DNA of 64,000 nt from Candidatus Latescibacterota bacterium (GTDB lineage: Bacteria; Latescibacterota; UBA2968): NCBI GenBank assembly GCA_038279365.1, contig JAYODI010000019.1, positions 1,443 to 65,442 on the forward strand, read 5' to 3'. A program made the translations under genes and the position numbers. This document shows positions 47,603 to 59,338 of this stretch, in pieces (within the stretch, counting starts at the first letter, position 1; each line of letters opens with the position of its first letter). The notes beneath the pieces were generated by a model. The model did not search any database and was not told where the DNA came from. It saw only the letters and a program-made list of their open reading frames with translations.

Positions 47603-50314
47603 ATGAGGGTATCAAACATGAGTGATCACAATCCTCTCAATTCTCGCGATACACTAAAAACATCGGGCGGTGATGTAGCGATTTATCGGCTGGATCAATT
47701 GGAGGCCGATGGGATTGGCCCCGTGTCGGGCTTGCCTTATTCGGTTAAAGTGTTGCTTGAGGCCGCTTTGCGGAATTTTGATAATTACCAAGTACAAGAA
47801 GAAGATGTGAAAGGGTTGGCCAATTGGAATGCCACCAATCCTGAGGCTGTGGAAATTCCATTTAAACCCGCTCGGGTTGTGTTGCAAGATTTTACGGGTG
47901 TGCCATCGTTGGTTGATTTGGCTGCTTTGCGCTCGGCCATGGGGCGTATGGGTGGTGATGCCAAACGCATTGAACCTTTGATTCCTGTTGATTTGGTGGT
48001 TGATCACTCGGTACAGGTGGACAGTTTTGCCAATATTGATGCGGTGCGCAAAAACGCCGAGATCGAATTTGAGCGCAATCAAGAGCGTTATGAGTTTTTA
48101 CGTTGGGGCTCCAATGCATTTGAAAGCTTTCGCGTGGTACCCCCCATGACGGGTATTGTGCATCAGGTCAATTTGGAATATTTGGCCAAGGGTGTGATTG
48201 CGCGCAATGGCGAAGCTTTTCCAGACAGTTTGGTGGGTACCGATTCTCATACAACGATGATTAATGGTTTGGGTGTGTTGGGATGGGGTGTGGGTGGTAT
48301 TGAAGCCGAAGCGGTGATGTTGGGGCAACCTATTTATATGCTGACCCCTGAAGTGGTCGGTTTTAGACTGATTGGCCAATTGCCCGAAGGCACAACAGCC
48401 ACAGACTTGACATTGACGGTTGTGCAAATGTTGCGTGCAAAGGGTGTGGTGGGCAAATTTGTTGAGTTTTTTGGTACGGGTTTGAGTGGGATGCCTTTGG
48501 CCGACCGTGCAACTATTGCCAATATGGCACCTGAGTATGGCGCCACAATGGGTTTCTTCCCTATTGATGCTGAAACGTTGCGCTTTTTGGCCCGCACAGG
48601 TCGCACAAAAAATGAAGTGGATTTGGTTGAGCGATATGCCAAAGAGCAGGGCATGTTCCGCACTGATGAATCGCCAGAACCTAAGTATACCGATACCTTG
48701 GAATTGGATTTGAGCACGGTGGTGCCCAGTTTGGCAGGGCCCAAACGACCACAAGATCGGGTGGCCTTGGTGGATATGAAAGGTGCATTTGACAAAGCGT
48801 TGGCGGCACCTGTTGGCAACAGTGGTTTTGGATTAGACAATGAAGCCACCAAGCGCAAGGCCACTGTGGCGATGAATGGTCAGGCCGAAATTGGTCATGG
48901 TGCTGTGGTGATTGCGGCGATTACGAGTTGTACCAATACGAGCAACCCATCGGTAATGATTGGAGCCGGCTTGTTGGCTAAAAAAGCCGTTGCCAAGGGT
49001 TTGAAAGTGCCGTCTTATGTGAAAACGAGTTTGGCACCCGGTTCGCGTGTGGTGACCGATTATTTGGATCATGCAGGTTTAACGGGTGATTTGGAAAAAC
49101 TCGGTTTTCATACGGTGGGTTATGGGTGCACAACGTGCATTGGTAACAGTGGCCCATTGCCTGAACCTGTGGTGGACGCCATTCACGGCGGTGATTTGGT
49201 AGCGGCTTCGGTGTTGAGTGGCAATCGAAATTTTGAAGGTCGTGTGCATCAACATGTGAAGGCCAACTATTTGGCGTCACCGCCATTGGTGGTTGCTTAT
49301 GCGTTGGCGGGGCGTGTGGATATTGATTTGACCCAAGATCCATTGGGCAATGACCCAGATGGCAACCCTGTTTATTTGAAGGATATTTGGCCCAGCCAAA
49401 AAGAAATTTCTGATACCATTGCGTCGTCGCTTAAACCCGAGATGTTTGAAAAACGATATGGCAATGTGTTTGATGGCAATGAAATGTGGAATGCCATTTC
49501 GGGCAGTCGGGGTGAGCTTTATGAATGGCGGGCAGACAGTACGTATGTTCAGGAGCCGCCATTTTTTGTGGATCTTTCTGCCGAACCCGATGCTGTGACG
49601 GATATTGAAGGGGCTCGTGTGTTGGGCCTGTTTGGCGATTCGGTGACCACCGATCATATTTCACCAGCTGGTTCTATTGCTGTGGATAGTCCTGCGGGTC
49701 AATATTTGATTTCGAAGGGTGTGGAACCCAAAGACTTTAACTCTTATGGTTCACGCCGTGGCAATCACGAAGTGATGATGCGCGGTACGTTTGCCAATAT
49801 TCGCATTCGCAACTTGTTGGCTCCTGGCACTGAGGGTGGGGTAACCATACATTTGCCTTCGGGTGAGCAGATGAGCATTTATGATGCGGGTATGAAATAT
49901 ATTGCAGAAGGCGTACCATCCATTGTGATTGCTGGCAAAGAATATGGCACAGGTTCTTCGCGTGACTGGGCAGCCAAAGGGCCAGCGCTTCAGGGTGTGA
50001 AAGCGGTGATTGTCGAAAGCTTTGAACGCATTCACCGAAGCAATTTGGTGGGGATGGGTGTGTTGCCTTTGCAATTTAAAGATGGCGAAAGTGCCGAGTC
50101 TTTGGGCCTTACGGGCAAAGAGACCTATTCGATTACAGGCATCTCTGGTGATTTGAAGCCTTTGCAAGATGCCACGGTAACCGCCACTGATGATGCAGGC
50201 AATACCAAGACATTTACCACAACTGTGCGGATAGATACGCCTGTGGAAATTGATTATTATCGCAATGGTGGGATTTTGCACACGGTGTTGCGCGATTTTT
50301 TAAAGAAGGCGTAA
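47603..50314 (+). CDS. acnA: Aconitate hydratase A (start may be ATG at 47618)
   Basis: [41 protein letters not shown]. Confidence 0.97.
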   Translation: MRVSNMSDHNPLNSRDTLKTSGGDVAIYRLDQLEADGIGPVSGLPYSVKVLLEAALRNFDNYQVQEEDVKGLANWNATNPEAVEIPFKPARVVLQDFTGVPSLVDLAALRSAMGRMGGDAKRIEPLIPVDLVVDHSVQVDSFANIDAVRKNAEIEFERNQERYEFLRWGSNAFESFRVVPPMTGIVHQVNLEYLAKGVIARNGEAFPDSLVGTDSHTTMINGLGVLGWGVGGIEAEAVMLGQPIYMLTPEVVGFRLIGQLPEGTTATDLTLTVVQMLRAKGVVGKFVEFFGTGLSGMPLADRATIANMAPEYGATMGFFPIDAETLRFLARTGRTKNEVDLVERYAKEQGMFRTDESPEPKYTDTLELDLSTVVPSLAGPKRPQDRVALVDMKGAFDKALAAPVGNSGFGLDNEATKRKATVAMNGQAEIGHGAVVIAAITSCTNTSNPSVMIGAGLLAKKAVAKGLKVPSYVKTSLAPGSRVVTDYLDHAGLTGDLEKLGFHTVGYGCTTCIGNSGPLPEPVVDAIHGGDLVAASVLSGNRNFEGRVHQHVKANYLASPPLVVAYALAGRVDIDLTQDPLGNDPDGNPVYLKDIWPSQKEISDTIASSLKPEMFEKRYGNVFDGNEMWNAISGSRGELYEWRADSTYVQEPPFFVDLSAEPDAVTDIEGARVLGLFGDSVTTDHISPAGSIAVDSPAGQYLISKGVEPKDFNSYGSRRGNHEVMMRGTFANIRIRNLLAPGTEGGVTIHLPSGEQMSIYDAGMKYIAEGVPSIVIAGKEYGTGSSRDWAAKGPALQGVKAVIVESFERIHRSNLVGMGVLPLQFKDGESAESLGLTGKETYSITGISGDLKPLQDATVTATDDAGNTKTFTTTVRIDTPVEIDYYRNGGILHTVLRDFLKKA

Positions 50315-50349
50315 GAAGCAGGCAGAAGATAGAAGAGAAATGGAAGAAG

Positions 50350-50387
50350 AACAGCCCGTTCGAGCAATCGAACGGGCTGTTTTATTT
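50350..50387 (+). terminator. Intrinsic terminator after acnA
   Basis: AACAGCCCGTTCGA-GCAA-TCGAACGGGCTGTT-TTATTT. Confidence 0.85.
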
Positions 50388-52058
50388 GGTGATGGTGATT
50401 TGTGAGATGAGGTGGATTTCATTGCCAATTTGTAATTCGCCAAAAGGGTTGAGCGACAATGGGTGGGAGAGACGTGTGTCATTGTTGATCACATGTGTTT
50501 GGGCATGGGCAATTTGGCAGATATAAATTTTGTTATACATATTGTTGTGGAGGTGGTTTATGATTTCTTGCCAATTTTGATTGGCATATGAAAAGGTGAC
50601 GGCACTTCGTTGGTCTGCTACAAAGAGTCGGGCATAGGGTGAGATGATGAGGGCTTGTTTTTGTGGGTCTTGATCTTGAAAAAAGTCTGTATATGCACGG
50701 TTGATTTGAACCAAATGGAAGTTGCTTACAGAGGCATTTTGAAATGTGTGTGTGCCACCATAAAAAAGAATGATGCAAACCCATAAAATAATGGGTGCGA
50801 TCAATACGGGTTTTTTGTTTGTGATAAGATGACATAGGTAAATGATGGGCGTGATGAGAAATGGTAAAAATATGATGCCAAGGCGTATGCTAAATGGGCG
50901 GGTCAGGTTGCCCAAGATATAACCTAAAATGATGATGGCTTGAAGGGCAAAGGCCAAACAAGCTATGAAAATTATTGTGCGTGTTGCATATGGTATGCGT
51001 GAGCGATTTTGATGGAGATGTATGAAACCAATGAGTATGCCAGCAAGGGTCAGATAAAAGAGATAAGGTATGGTACCATAGTCACTTTGTGCGCCGCCAA
51101 AAAATGAGTATGCATGAAAGAGGTTTGTGATGAAGTGATGGATACCAAACATGGCTTCACCCTCTTTTACCATGAAGGCATAATCGCCAGAGTACAAGCT
51201 CCGTTGCCAAGCGACTGGCAATAGCAAGAAGGGTGTGATAAGGGCGATTTTGTGGGGGGGTGCCTGTGGATATTTGATGCTGTGGTAAATGGCAAAGGGC
51301 AAGATAGCGCATAAAAAGAGAACGGCTTCGTAACGCATTTGGGCAAGAATAATGAGTGTAAAAAAAAGACGCGTTGCGTGATACGGTTGTTGAGATATGA
51401 ACAAATGGTAAAGTTGATAAAAGGCAAGCAGGGCCAATGTTAGGTTGGCAATTTCAAATCCACCGGAGGTTGTCCATAAGGCAAAAACGGGATATGCAGC
51501 AAGCAAGGCCATACCTAAGATTGCCAGGGTTTTTGAAAAGAAATTTTGTAATAGAAGATAAAATAAAAAGAGTGCAAAAAAACCTGCAATGGCATTGAGC
51601 AGATACACATTGGAAAGTGCATATCCATTGATCAAATGGATGATATAAAGAAAAAACGGAAATGCTAAGGGGCGAATCCCCCATTCGGGAGCGATGAGGT
51701 GGTTTTGTTGATTTACGAAAATAGCTTGGGTAGGAATATAACAGGCATGTTGTTCTAACATGGCTTGGGAGACACCGAGCAAATTGGTTTCGTCGTATAG
51801 GATTCGCAGATGGGTGGGGCTGATAAAAAAAATAGTGGTGATGAAAATGAGTGCGAGGCAGAGAGCAGGGAGATGAGATTGGATAATTTTAATTGAGGGT
51901 GATTTGGGCAGTAGGGTCCAAAACCATATTGCAACAGCGACGAATATAAAATAAAATGAGCAGGTCTGAAAAAGGATTTTTTTTATATCAAGTGGAACAG
52001 GTCCAAAACCAAGGAGGAGGGCTGCCAATCCGAGAAAACCAATGCGATAGTTTGTCAT
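50382..52058 (-). CDS. Polytopic membrane protein, GT-C (ArnT/PMT-like) glycosyltransferase
   Basis: More than 10 TM segments; YDE motif after an early helix; RP..FP; RYE; AT-rich. Confidence 0.6.
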   Translation of the reverse strand: MTNYRIGFLGLAALLLGFGPVPLDIKKILFQTCSFYFIFVAVAIWFWTLLPKSPSIKIIQSHLPALCLALIFITTIFFISPTHLRILYDETNLLGVSQAMLEQHACYIPTQAIFVNQQNHLIAPEWGIRPLAFPFFLYIIHLINGYALSNVYLLNAIAGFFALFLFYLLLQNFFSKTLAILGMALLAAYPVFALWTTSGGFEIANLTLALLAFYQLYHLFISQQPYHATRLFFTLIILAQMRYEAVLFLCAILPFAIYHSIKYPQAPPHKIALITPFLLLPVAWQRSLYSGDYAFMVKEGEAMFGIHHFITNLFHAYSFFGGAQSDYGTIPYLFYLTLAGILIGFIHLHQNRSRIPYATRTIIFIACLAFALQAIIILGYILGNLTRPFSIRLGIIFLPFLITPIIYLCHLITNKKPVLIAPIILWVCIILFYGGTHTFQNASVSNFHLVQINRAYTDFFQDQDPQKQALIISPYARLFVADQRSAVTFSYANQNWQEIINHLHNNMYNKIYICQIAHAQTHVINNDTRLSHPLSLNPFGELQIGNEIHLISQITITK

Positions 52059-52077
52059 GTCGTACTTTCAAATGGCA

Positions 52078-53454
52078 CTATTTATTGGCAAATTCCTTGG
52101 CATCGATTTCGTATTTTTTGAGTTTTTGATGAAAGTTTTGCCAGGCAATACCTGCCAACTTGGCGGCATGGGTAATATTGCCTTTGGTTTTGGTGAGCAG
52201 TTCGGCAATGTATTTTTGTTCAAAAACATCGCGCGCATCGCGCAATGAAAGATGTCCATAACTGTCACCTGTATGGGATGTGAGCGTGGTGCCACCATTT
52301 TGGAGTATGGGAGGTAGGTCGATCATTTCGATGGTGTTTGTGCGAGCTAAGGCCACGGCGCGTTCAATGGCATTTTCAAGTTCACGCACATTGCCGGGCC
52401 AGTCGTGACGCATGAGGGTATCCATCACATTATTGGAGATGGTATGTTGGCCACTAAATTTTTGTAAAAAGTGAGTTACCAGCATAGGGATGTCATCGCG
52501 TCGTTGTCGCAAGGGTGGCATTTGAATTTCGATGACGTTGAGCCGATAAAAAAGATCTTCTCGAAAGCGGCCTTCTTTGACTTCTTCAGAGAGCGTTCGG
52601 TTGGTGGCTGCAATGAGGCGCACATCTGTTTTTTGTGGGGTGGTGGCTCCTACACGAATAAATTCTTTTTCTTGCAAAACGCGCAACATGCGCACCTGGG
52701 CATTGAGGCTCATTTCGCCAATTTCGTCGAGAAATAAGGTGCCTCCATTGGCTGCTTCAAAAACACCAATTTTTTGATTGACCGCGCCTGTAAATGATCC
52801 TTTTTCGTGGCCAAACAATTCGCTTTCGAGCAGTTCTTCGGGAATGGCTGCACAATGAAGGGCATAGAGACGTTTGTCGGCGCGTGTGCCATTGTCGTGA
52901 ATGGCGCGGGCAATGAGTTCTTTGCCTGTGCCGGTTTCGCCCGTGATGAGAATGGTGCTTTCATTGTGTGCAATGCGTTCTACGAGGTCATACACATCTT
53001 GCATGGCCAAACTGGTACCTACCATGCCTTCAAAACGACATGTTTCGGGGCGTTTTGATTTGATCACACGTTGTTTGGCTGAGAGGATGGGAAAGTTTAA
53101 AGCTTGCTGAATTTTGACATCGACTTCTTCGGGAGAGGAGGGTTTGGTGAGATAATCAAATGCGCCCAATTTTGTGGCTTCAACGGCATTGGCAATTGTG
53201 CCATGAGCTGTGAGCATGATGACGGTTTGCTCGGGGCGAATTTCTTTTATGCGTTTGAGGGTTTCCAAACCGTTCATTTCGGGCATACGCATGTCCAAAA
53301 GGACGGTGTCAAGGCTTTGGTTTTGGCAAAAAGAGATGGCGCGTTGACCCGTGCTTGCGAGGGTGACATCATACCCTCGCAACTCCAACCCAATTTTCAT
53401 GCTTTCTTGGAGGTTGGGTTCGTCGTCAACAAGTAGAAGATGTCTGTTTGGCAT
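52078..53454 (-). CDS. Sigma54-dependent response regulator (NtrC family)
   Basis: REC (VDDE, LDMRMP, KP); GETGTGKE; ELFGHEKGSFTGA; FLDEIGE; WPGNVREL; Fis-type HTH. Confidence 0.95.
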   Translation of the reverse strand: MPNRHLLLVDDEPNLQESMKIGLELRGYDVTLASTGQRAISFCQNQSLDTVLLDMRMPEMNGLETLKRIKEIRPEQTVIMLTAHGTIANAVEATKLGAFDYLTKPSSPEEVDVKIQQALNFPILSAKQRVIKSKRPETCRFEGMVGTSLAMQDVYDLVERIAHNESTILITGETGTGKELIARAIHDNGTRADKRLYALHCAAIPEELLESELFGHEKGSFTGAVNQKIGVFEAANGGTLFLDEIGEMSLNAQVRMLRVLQEKEFIRVGATTPQKTDVRLIAATNRTLSEEVKEGRFREDLFYRLNVIEIQMPPLRQRRDDIPMLVTHFLQKFSGQHTISNNVMDTLMRHDWPGNVRELENAIERAVALARTNTIEMIDLPPILQNGGTTLTSHTGDSYGHLSLRDARDVFEQKYIAELLTKTKGNITHAAKLAGIAWQNFHQKLKKYEIDAKEFANK

Positions 53455-53455
53455 G

Positions 53456-54514
53456 TTAGATTGCCTTTAAACGGTTTTGCCAGCTTTCTACAATTTCACG
53501 AAAAGTGTCGTCCAATGATTTTGTGATGTCCCAGTTGGGATAGTGTGTTTTCATTTTGCGCAAGTCGCTGTAATAACAGATGTGATCTCCTGCTCGGTTT
53601 TGGTCGGAGTAGGTGTATTTCATTTTTTTGCCAGAATATTTTTCAGACAATTCGAAAGCTTCAAGAATGGAGCAACTGTTGTTTTTTCCGCCCCCTAAAT
53701 TGTAGACTTCGCCACTACGAGGAGCTTGTGAAAATGCCCACATAAACTGTGCCACATCGTGCGAGTGAATGTTGTCGCGCACTTGTTTGCCCTTGTAACC
53801 AAAAACGGTGTATTCGCGTTCTTCGAGGTTGCACTTGATGAGATAGCTCAAGAATCCGTGCAGTTCAACACCACTGTGGTTGGGGCCAGTAAGACATCCA
53901 CCGCGTAAGCAACAGGTAGGTAAGTTAAAGTAGCGACCATATTCTTGTACCATGACATCGGCAGCTACTTTGGAGGCTCCAAAGAGTGAATGTTTGGATT
54001 GGTCGATGGTAAATGTTTCGGCAATGCCATGTTCATAAGTTGGGTCATCATAGTCCCAACGCGTTTCTAATTCTTTGCGTGGAATGTTGTTGGGTGCATC
54101 GCCATAGACTTTGTTGGTTGACATATGAATGAAGGGCGATTCTGGGCAGGCTTGGCGCGCGGCTTCTAACATATTTAATGTGCCTACCGCATTGACGTCA
54201 AAGTCGTCGTAGGGAATGCTGGCGGCCAAATCGTGTGAAGGTTGTGCAGCTGTGTGTACAATCACATCGGGTGTGATTGTTTTGAGCAAATTTTGAACAC
54301 CTTGTCGGTCGCGAATATCACACTCATGGTGGGTGAAGTGAGGTAAGGCTTTGGATAAGCGTGTTTGGTTCCAGCGCGTGTCACCTTGTGGGCCAAAAAA
54401 AGTGGCGCGTTGGTTGTTGTCTACGCCGTGAATGGCATACCCCTGTGAGGCAAAAAAGACACATACTTCAGAACCGATGAGACCTGATGAGCCAGTAACG
54501 AGAATTTTTTTCAT
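53456..54514 (-). CDS. NAD-dependent nucleotide-sugar epimerase (CDP-paratose 2-epimerase-like)
   Basis: [29 protein letters not shown]. Confidence 0.85.
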   Translation of the reverse strand: MKKILVTGSSGLIGSEVCVFFASQGYAIHGVDNNQRATFFGPQGDTRWNQTRLSKALPHFTHHECDIRDRQGVQNLLKTITPDVIVHTAAQPSHDLAASIPYDDFDVNAVGTLNMLEAARQACPESPFIHMSTNKVYGDAPNNIPRKELETRWDYDDPTYEHGIAETFTIDQSKHSLFGASKVAADVMVQEYGRYFNLPTCCLRGGCLTGPNHSGVELHGFLSYLIKCNLEEREYTVFGYKGKQVRDNIHSHDVAQFMWAFSQAPRSGEVYNLGGGKNNSCSILEAFELSEKYSGKKMKYTYSDQNRAGDHICYYSDLRKMKTHYPNWDITKSLDDTFREIVESWQNRLKAI

Positions 54515-54519
54515 AAAAA

Positions 54520-54575
54520 AGCTTTCAGTGATCAGCTTTTAGCGGTCGGCTAAAAAGAGAAAACCGCTTGCTAAA
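54520..54575. repeat. Heptamer repeat (AGCNNTC)n, degenerate
   Basis: AGCTTTC AGTGATC AGCTTTT AGCGGTC GGCT. Confidence 0.6.
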
Positions 54576-54579
54576 AACT

Positions 54580-54604
54580 AAAAAAAAGACCGGTTATACC
54601 GGTC
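54580..54604 (-). terminator. Intrinsic terminator after mdh
   Basis: Minus strand GACCGGT-ATA-ACCGGTC followed by T8. Confidence 0.8.
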
Positions 54605-54630
54605 GGGATGGTTATATATTTGTTGGGATT

Positions 54631-55560
<930 letters not shown>

Positions 55561-55821
55561 TTACTCCGCTTGGGCGTAGACGCTGACCTTTTTGCGCTGT
55601 TTGTCGAGGTGTTCAAATTGGACAATGCCATCGACTAAAGAATACAAGGTATCGTCTTTGCCTTTGCCAACATTGTTGCCAGGATGCACGCGGGTGCCAC
55701 GCTGACGAACAATGATGCTACCCGCTGTAATGAGTTGTCCACCAAAAGCTTTGACGCCTAAGCGTTGCGCTTGACTGTCGCGACCGTTTCTGGAACTGCC
55801 TACACCTTTTTTATGTGCCAT
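55561..55821 (-). CDS. rpmA: 50S ribosomal protein L27
   Basis: [16 protein letters not shown]...RQRGT. Confidence 0.98.
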   Translation of the reverse strand: MAHKKGVGSSRNGRDSQAQRLGVKAFGGQLITAGSIIVRQRGTRVHPGNNVGKGKDDTLYSLVDGIVQFEHLDKQRKKVSVYAQAE

Positions 55822-55833
55822 TTTAGCCTCCTA

Positions 55834-55942
55834 AGCGGTCAGCGGTCAGCGGTCAGCAAAAACATAAAAACAAAAACGCATATGTATTGACGACGTTTTT
55901 GAAGTGATGAAGCTGAAAGCTGATGGCTGAAAGCTGATTGCT
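55834..55942. repeat. Inverted heptamer tandem repeat (AGCGGTC)3...(GCTGANN)4
   Basis: AGCGGTC x3 and GCTGAAA GCTGATG GCTGAAA GCTGATT, between rplU and rpmA. Confidence 0.8.
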
Positions 55943-55944
55943 TT

Positions 55945-56253
55945 TTATGCTGAAATTTTATCGATTTGAAGTTCGGTATAAGATTGACGGTGTCCATTTT
56001 TACGACGATAACCTTTGCGTCGTTTCTTTTTGAACACAATAATCTTGTCTGCACGGCCATGTCCAAGCACGCTGGCTTCTACGGCAGCGCCTTCTACTTT
56101 GGGGGCACCTATACGGGTTTCTTCGCCACCGATGAGTAAAATATTGTCAAGGGTGAGTTTTTCACCCGCTTCGGAACCGAGTTTTGAAACACGGATACGG
56201 TCGCCTTCTTGCACTTTGTATTGGCTGCCAGCGACATCTACGACTGCATACAT
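55945..56253 (-). CDS. rplU: 50S ribosomal protein L21
   Basis: MYAVV..GSQYKV...GHRQSYT; GGAGG RBS. Confidence 0.97.
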   Translation of the reverse strand: MYAVVDVAGSQYKVQEGDRIRVSKLGSEAGEKLTLDNILLIGGEETRIGAPKVEGAAVEASVLGHGRADKIIVFKKKRRKGYRRKNGHRQSYTELQIDKISA

Positions 56254-56275
56254 GGGGAGAACCTCCCAAAAAATT

Positions 56276-56357
56276 GTCGCAAGTTGCAGGTCTGTCATGC
56301 AGAAAATCTGCTTGATATTGACGATTAAGACCTGTTGCCTTGAGACCTGTGACTGAT
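56276..56357. repeat. Inverted heptamer repeat, degenerate
   Basis: GTCGCAA GTTGCAG GTC ... AGACCTG TTGCCTT GAGACCTG TGACTGA. Confidence 0.6.
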
Positions 56358-56439
56358 TTTACAAATAACCTTGTTCGATTCAAAGACATGAGCCGAAAAG
56401 CGGAAAGAACGATAAATTTAGATAAATGCAGAGGTTCTG

Positions 56440-57981
56440 TCAAGCTGGAACTTCATTTGTGACGTCAATTTTGCGTTTGCGAGAAAAGATACGGTATTCA
56501 TCTTCACTGAGTTCGGGATCGGCTTCTACATTTAACCAGACGCGGGTCGATTTTCGGATACGTTTGAGGCGCTCTTTGCGATTTTCAAGCAAATATTCAC
56601 CCAATTCTGGGTGCACTTGCACCGTGAGGCGTCTTTCAAGGGCTGCGGCGCGTGATCTTTTGAGCCATCGCTCAATTCGGGCGACCACTGTGTCTCGGCT
56701 TGCCACACGCCCTGTGCCATTGCAGGTTGGGCAGGGTTCGCTGTAGGTAAATAAAAGACTGGGGCGCACCCTTTGGCGGGTCATTTCCATGAGACCAAAT
56801 TCGGTGATGTCGGAAAAGCGAATTCTGGAACGATCGCGTCGAATGGCTTGTTTCATTTCATCTTCTACACGGCGGCGGTCTTGTGCGGTGTTCATGTCGA
56901 TAAAGTCGATGACAATAATGCCACCCATATCACGCAGGCGCAACTGACGCGCCACTTCTTTGGCCGCTTCAAGGTTGGTTCTGAGCACCGTTTCGTCTTG
57001 GTTTGATCGGCCTACATTTCGGCCACTGTTGACATCTATGGCCACAAGGGCTTCTGTGTGGTCAATGACCAAATATCCGCCCCCTTTGAACCACGCTTTG
57101 CGCTCAGAAAGTTTTTCAATTTCTTGCTCAATGCCAAAGGCATCAAATATGGGGCGTTTGTCGCGATAATATTCGACGCATTTACGCAATTGGGGCGAAG
57201 TGGTTTTGAGGTAAGATTGAATTTGTTTGTACTCGTGCTTTGAATCGACCACCAAACGGTGTACGTCGTCGGTAAAAAGATCGCGAATGAGGCTGGATGT
57301 CATGCCCATTTCTTTGTGCAACAACTCGGGTTCGCTTATTTTTTTAGCGCGTTTTTGAATGCGGTTCCAGGTACCCAAAAGGTCTTTGAGGTCTCGGCCC
57401 AATTCGCGGTCGCCTTTGTTTTCGCCCTCGGTGCGTACAATAAGACCAAACCCATCGGGCTTGATGCGCCTTGTGACATCTTTTAGGCGTCGTTTTTCAT
57501 TCCAGTTGTTGATTTTGCGCGACACGCCAATTTTGTCACCATCGGGCACCAGCACCATAAATCGCCCAGCAAGGGATGGCACTGCCGTTATGCGGGGGCC
57601 TTTGGTGCTGATGGGTTCTTTTTTGATTTGGACAATGATTTCTTGGCCTTTTTGCAACAATTCTTCAATAGGTACAAAGGATTTGCCCCGCGAATTTTTT
57701 TGCATATCGACATCTTCAAGTGTTTCTGAGTCGAGTTCGACCATGGAACCAGGTGACCCTGGCATGTCGGAAACGTGCAAAAATGCCGCTTTTTCGTGCC
57801 CGATGTCAACAAATGCGGCTTGCATGCCGGGCAAGACGGCGGTTACGATACCTTTGTATATATCGCCCACCATGCGTTCTTTTTCGGCGCGCTCAACCAG
57901 TATCTCGGCCAGCTTGTCATCTTCTAAGATGGCAATGCGAGACTCGTGAGAGGCCACGTTGATAATAATTTCGGTTTTCAC
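56440..57981 (-). CDS. Rne/Rng-family ribonuclease (RNase G-sized)
   Basis: S1 domain (VLPGMQAAFVDIG), IDVNSG, GGIIVIDFIDM, CPTCNGTG. Confidence 0.93.
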   Translation of the reverse strand: MKTEIIINVASHESRIAILEDDKLAEILVERAEKERMVGDIYKGIVTAVLPGMQAAFVDIGHEKAAFLHVSDMPGSPGSMVELDSETLEDVDMQKNSRGKSFVPIEELLQKGQEIIVQIKKEPISTKGPRITAVPSLAGRFMVLVPDGDKIGVSRKINNWNEKRRLKDVTRRIKPDGFGLIVRTEGENKGDRELGRDLKDLLGTWNRIQKRAKKISEPELLHKEMGMTSSLIRDLFTDDVHRLVVDSKHEYKQIQSYLKTTSPQLRKCVEYYRDKRPIFDAFGIEQEIEKLSERKAWFKGGGYLVIDHTEALVAIDVNSGRNVGRSNQDETVLRTNLEAAKEVARQLRLRDMGGIIVIDFIDMNTAQDRRRVEDEMKQAIRRDRSRIRFSDITEFGLMEMTRQRVRPSLLFTYSEPCPTCNGTGRVASRDTVVARIERWLKRSRAAALERRLTVQVHPELGEYLLENRKERLKRIRKSTRVWLNVEADPELSEDEYRIFSRKRKIDVTNEVPA

Positions 57982-58442
57982 ATACTTCCCTTCTACAAAT
58001 TTGGTGGCACGCTTGATGGTGCCTCAATATCTGGTCATACATCATAAATGTTTACTGTTCGTTTATTTTATGGTGTATAAAAATTGTTTCTAATGGTTCT
58101 GTTTACGCTGAAAATATTTTAAAATATCACAAATGTACATACAAAAACGATTGTGCCTGGAACGGTTTTATGAACAATGGTGCGCAGTTAATTTGGATAA
58201 CGCCATCGGGTTGGATAACGCGGCCATTCGGGAGGGCGCAACATGAGGCAGGTGGTGCGGTCTATATCTCTGTCTAAGTGTCAGTTATGGTTGAAAACTA
58301 ATAAGAAACAGGGGTTTGGACAAGTTGTTTTTAAGGTGGTGATGAGAGCAATGTGTGTGGCGCTGTGTCAAGAAATGGAATCGGGTGAATGATTATTTGC
58401 CCTTTTTCTTTTTGAGAATGTGCATTGTGAATGAAAATTGTT

Positions 58443-59162
58443 TTATTTAGAAACAACCCTTCGTGGGAAAATGGTCAGTTCTTCAACGATTGCGCGATTG
58501 TGCAATTGGGCGACCATGAGTGCTGCTGCAGCAACATCTTCGGGTAAGAGTGCGGCGGCACGCTTTTCTGCAGAAACGGGTATGGGACGATGGTCGAGAA
58601 TGGGGGTATCTACTTCTCCTGGGTAAATGCAACAGGCACGAATACCACTGTCTCTAAATTCGGCGTTGATCGATTGGGTGAGTGATGCCATGCCAAACTT
58701 GGAGGCGCTGTAGGCAGCTCCGCCCAAGGTGCCTGCTTTTTTGCCCGCCATAGAAGCAATGTTGATGACAACGCCATCTTTTTGTTTTTTCATTTGGGAT
58801 CGAACGGCCCGAAAGGCGTTGAATGCACCTGTGAGGTTGATGTTGATGACACGGTCCCAGTCTTCATCGGATATGTCGTCAAGGTTGCGTTTTTGGGTAT
58901 TGATGCCTGCATTGTTGATAAGGACATCAATGGAACCAAAGGTGTCGATGGTTTTTTGAGCAAGTAATTGAACGGCATTTCGATCAGTGACATCCGTGGC
59001 CACGATTTGAATATTTGTACCACCACAGTTTTTAGCCGTTTCTTCAAGTGGTTCGATTCTGCGCCCTGCCAAGACAAGTTGATAACCTGCATTGGCAAAT
59101 GCAATGGCGATGCCTTGCCCGATACCTGTGCCTGCTCCTGTAATGATGGTGGTTTTGGACAT
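58443..59162 (-). CDS. Short-chain dehydrogenase/reductase
   Basis: TGAGTGIG, NNAG, YSASK. Confidence 0.92.
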   Translation of the reverse strand: MSKTTIITGAGTGIGQGIAIAFANAGYQLVLAGRRIEPLEETAKNCGGTNIQIVATDVTDRNAVQLLAQKTIDTFGSIDVLINNAGINTQKRNLDDISDEDWDRVININLTGAFNAFRAVRSQMKKQKDGVVINIASMAGKKAGTLGGAAYSASKFGMASLTQSINAEFRDSGIRACCIYPGEVDTPILDHRPIPVSAEKRAAALLPEDVAAAALMVAQLHNRAIVEELTIFPRRVVSK

Positions 59163-59338
59163 TATGTGTTCTCCAGAGTGAATGTTTCTGTTTTGATAGC
59201 TTTCATAAATAAGAGATATTGTGTAGTACGTGCAAGATAGGGAAGAATGTTCCAAGACGAAAGCAGAAAGAAATGTCTTTTATGGCAAGCGTGACATCTC
59301 TCTTTGGTTTTTGTATATTGGTTTGAGGAGGAATTTTT

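Noticed and set aside
58192-58219. DnaA-box-like TTATCCAA pair as oriC
   Set aside because: One to two mismatches, only two boxes, no change of skew and no dnaA-region genes.
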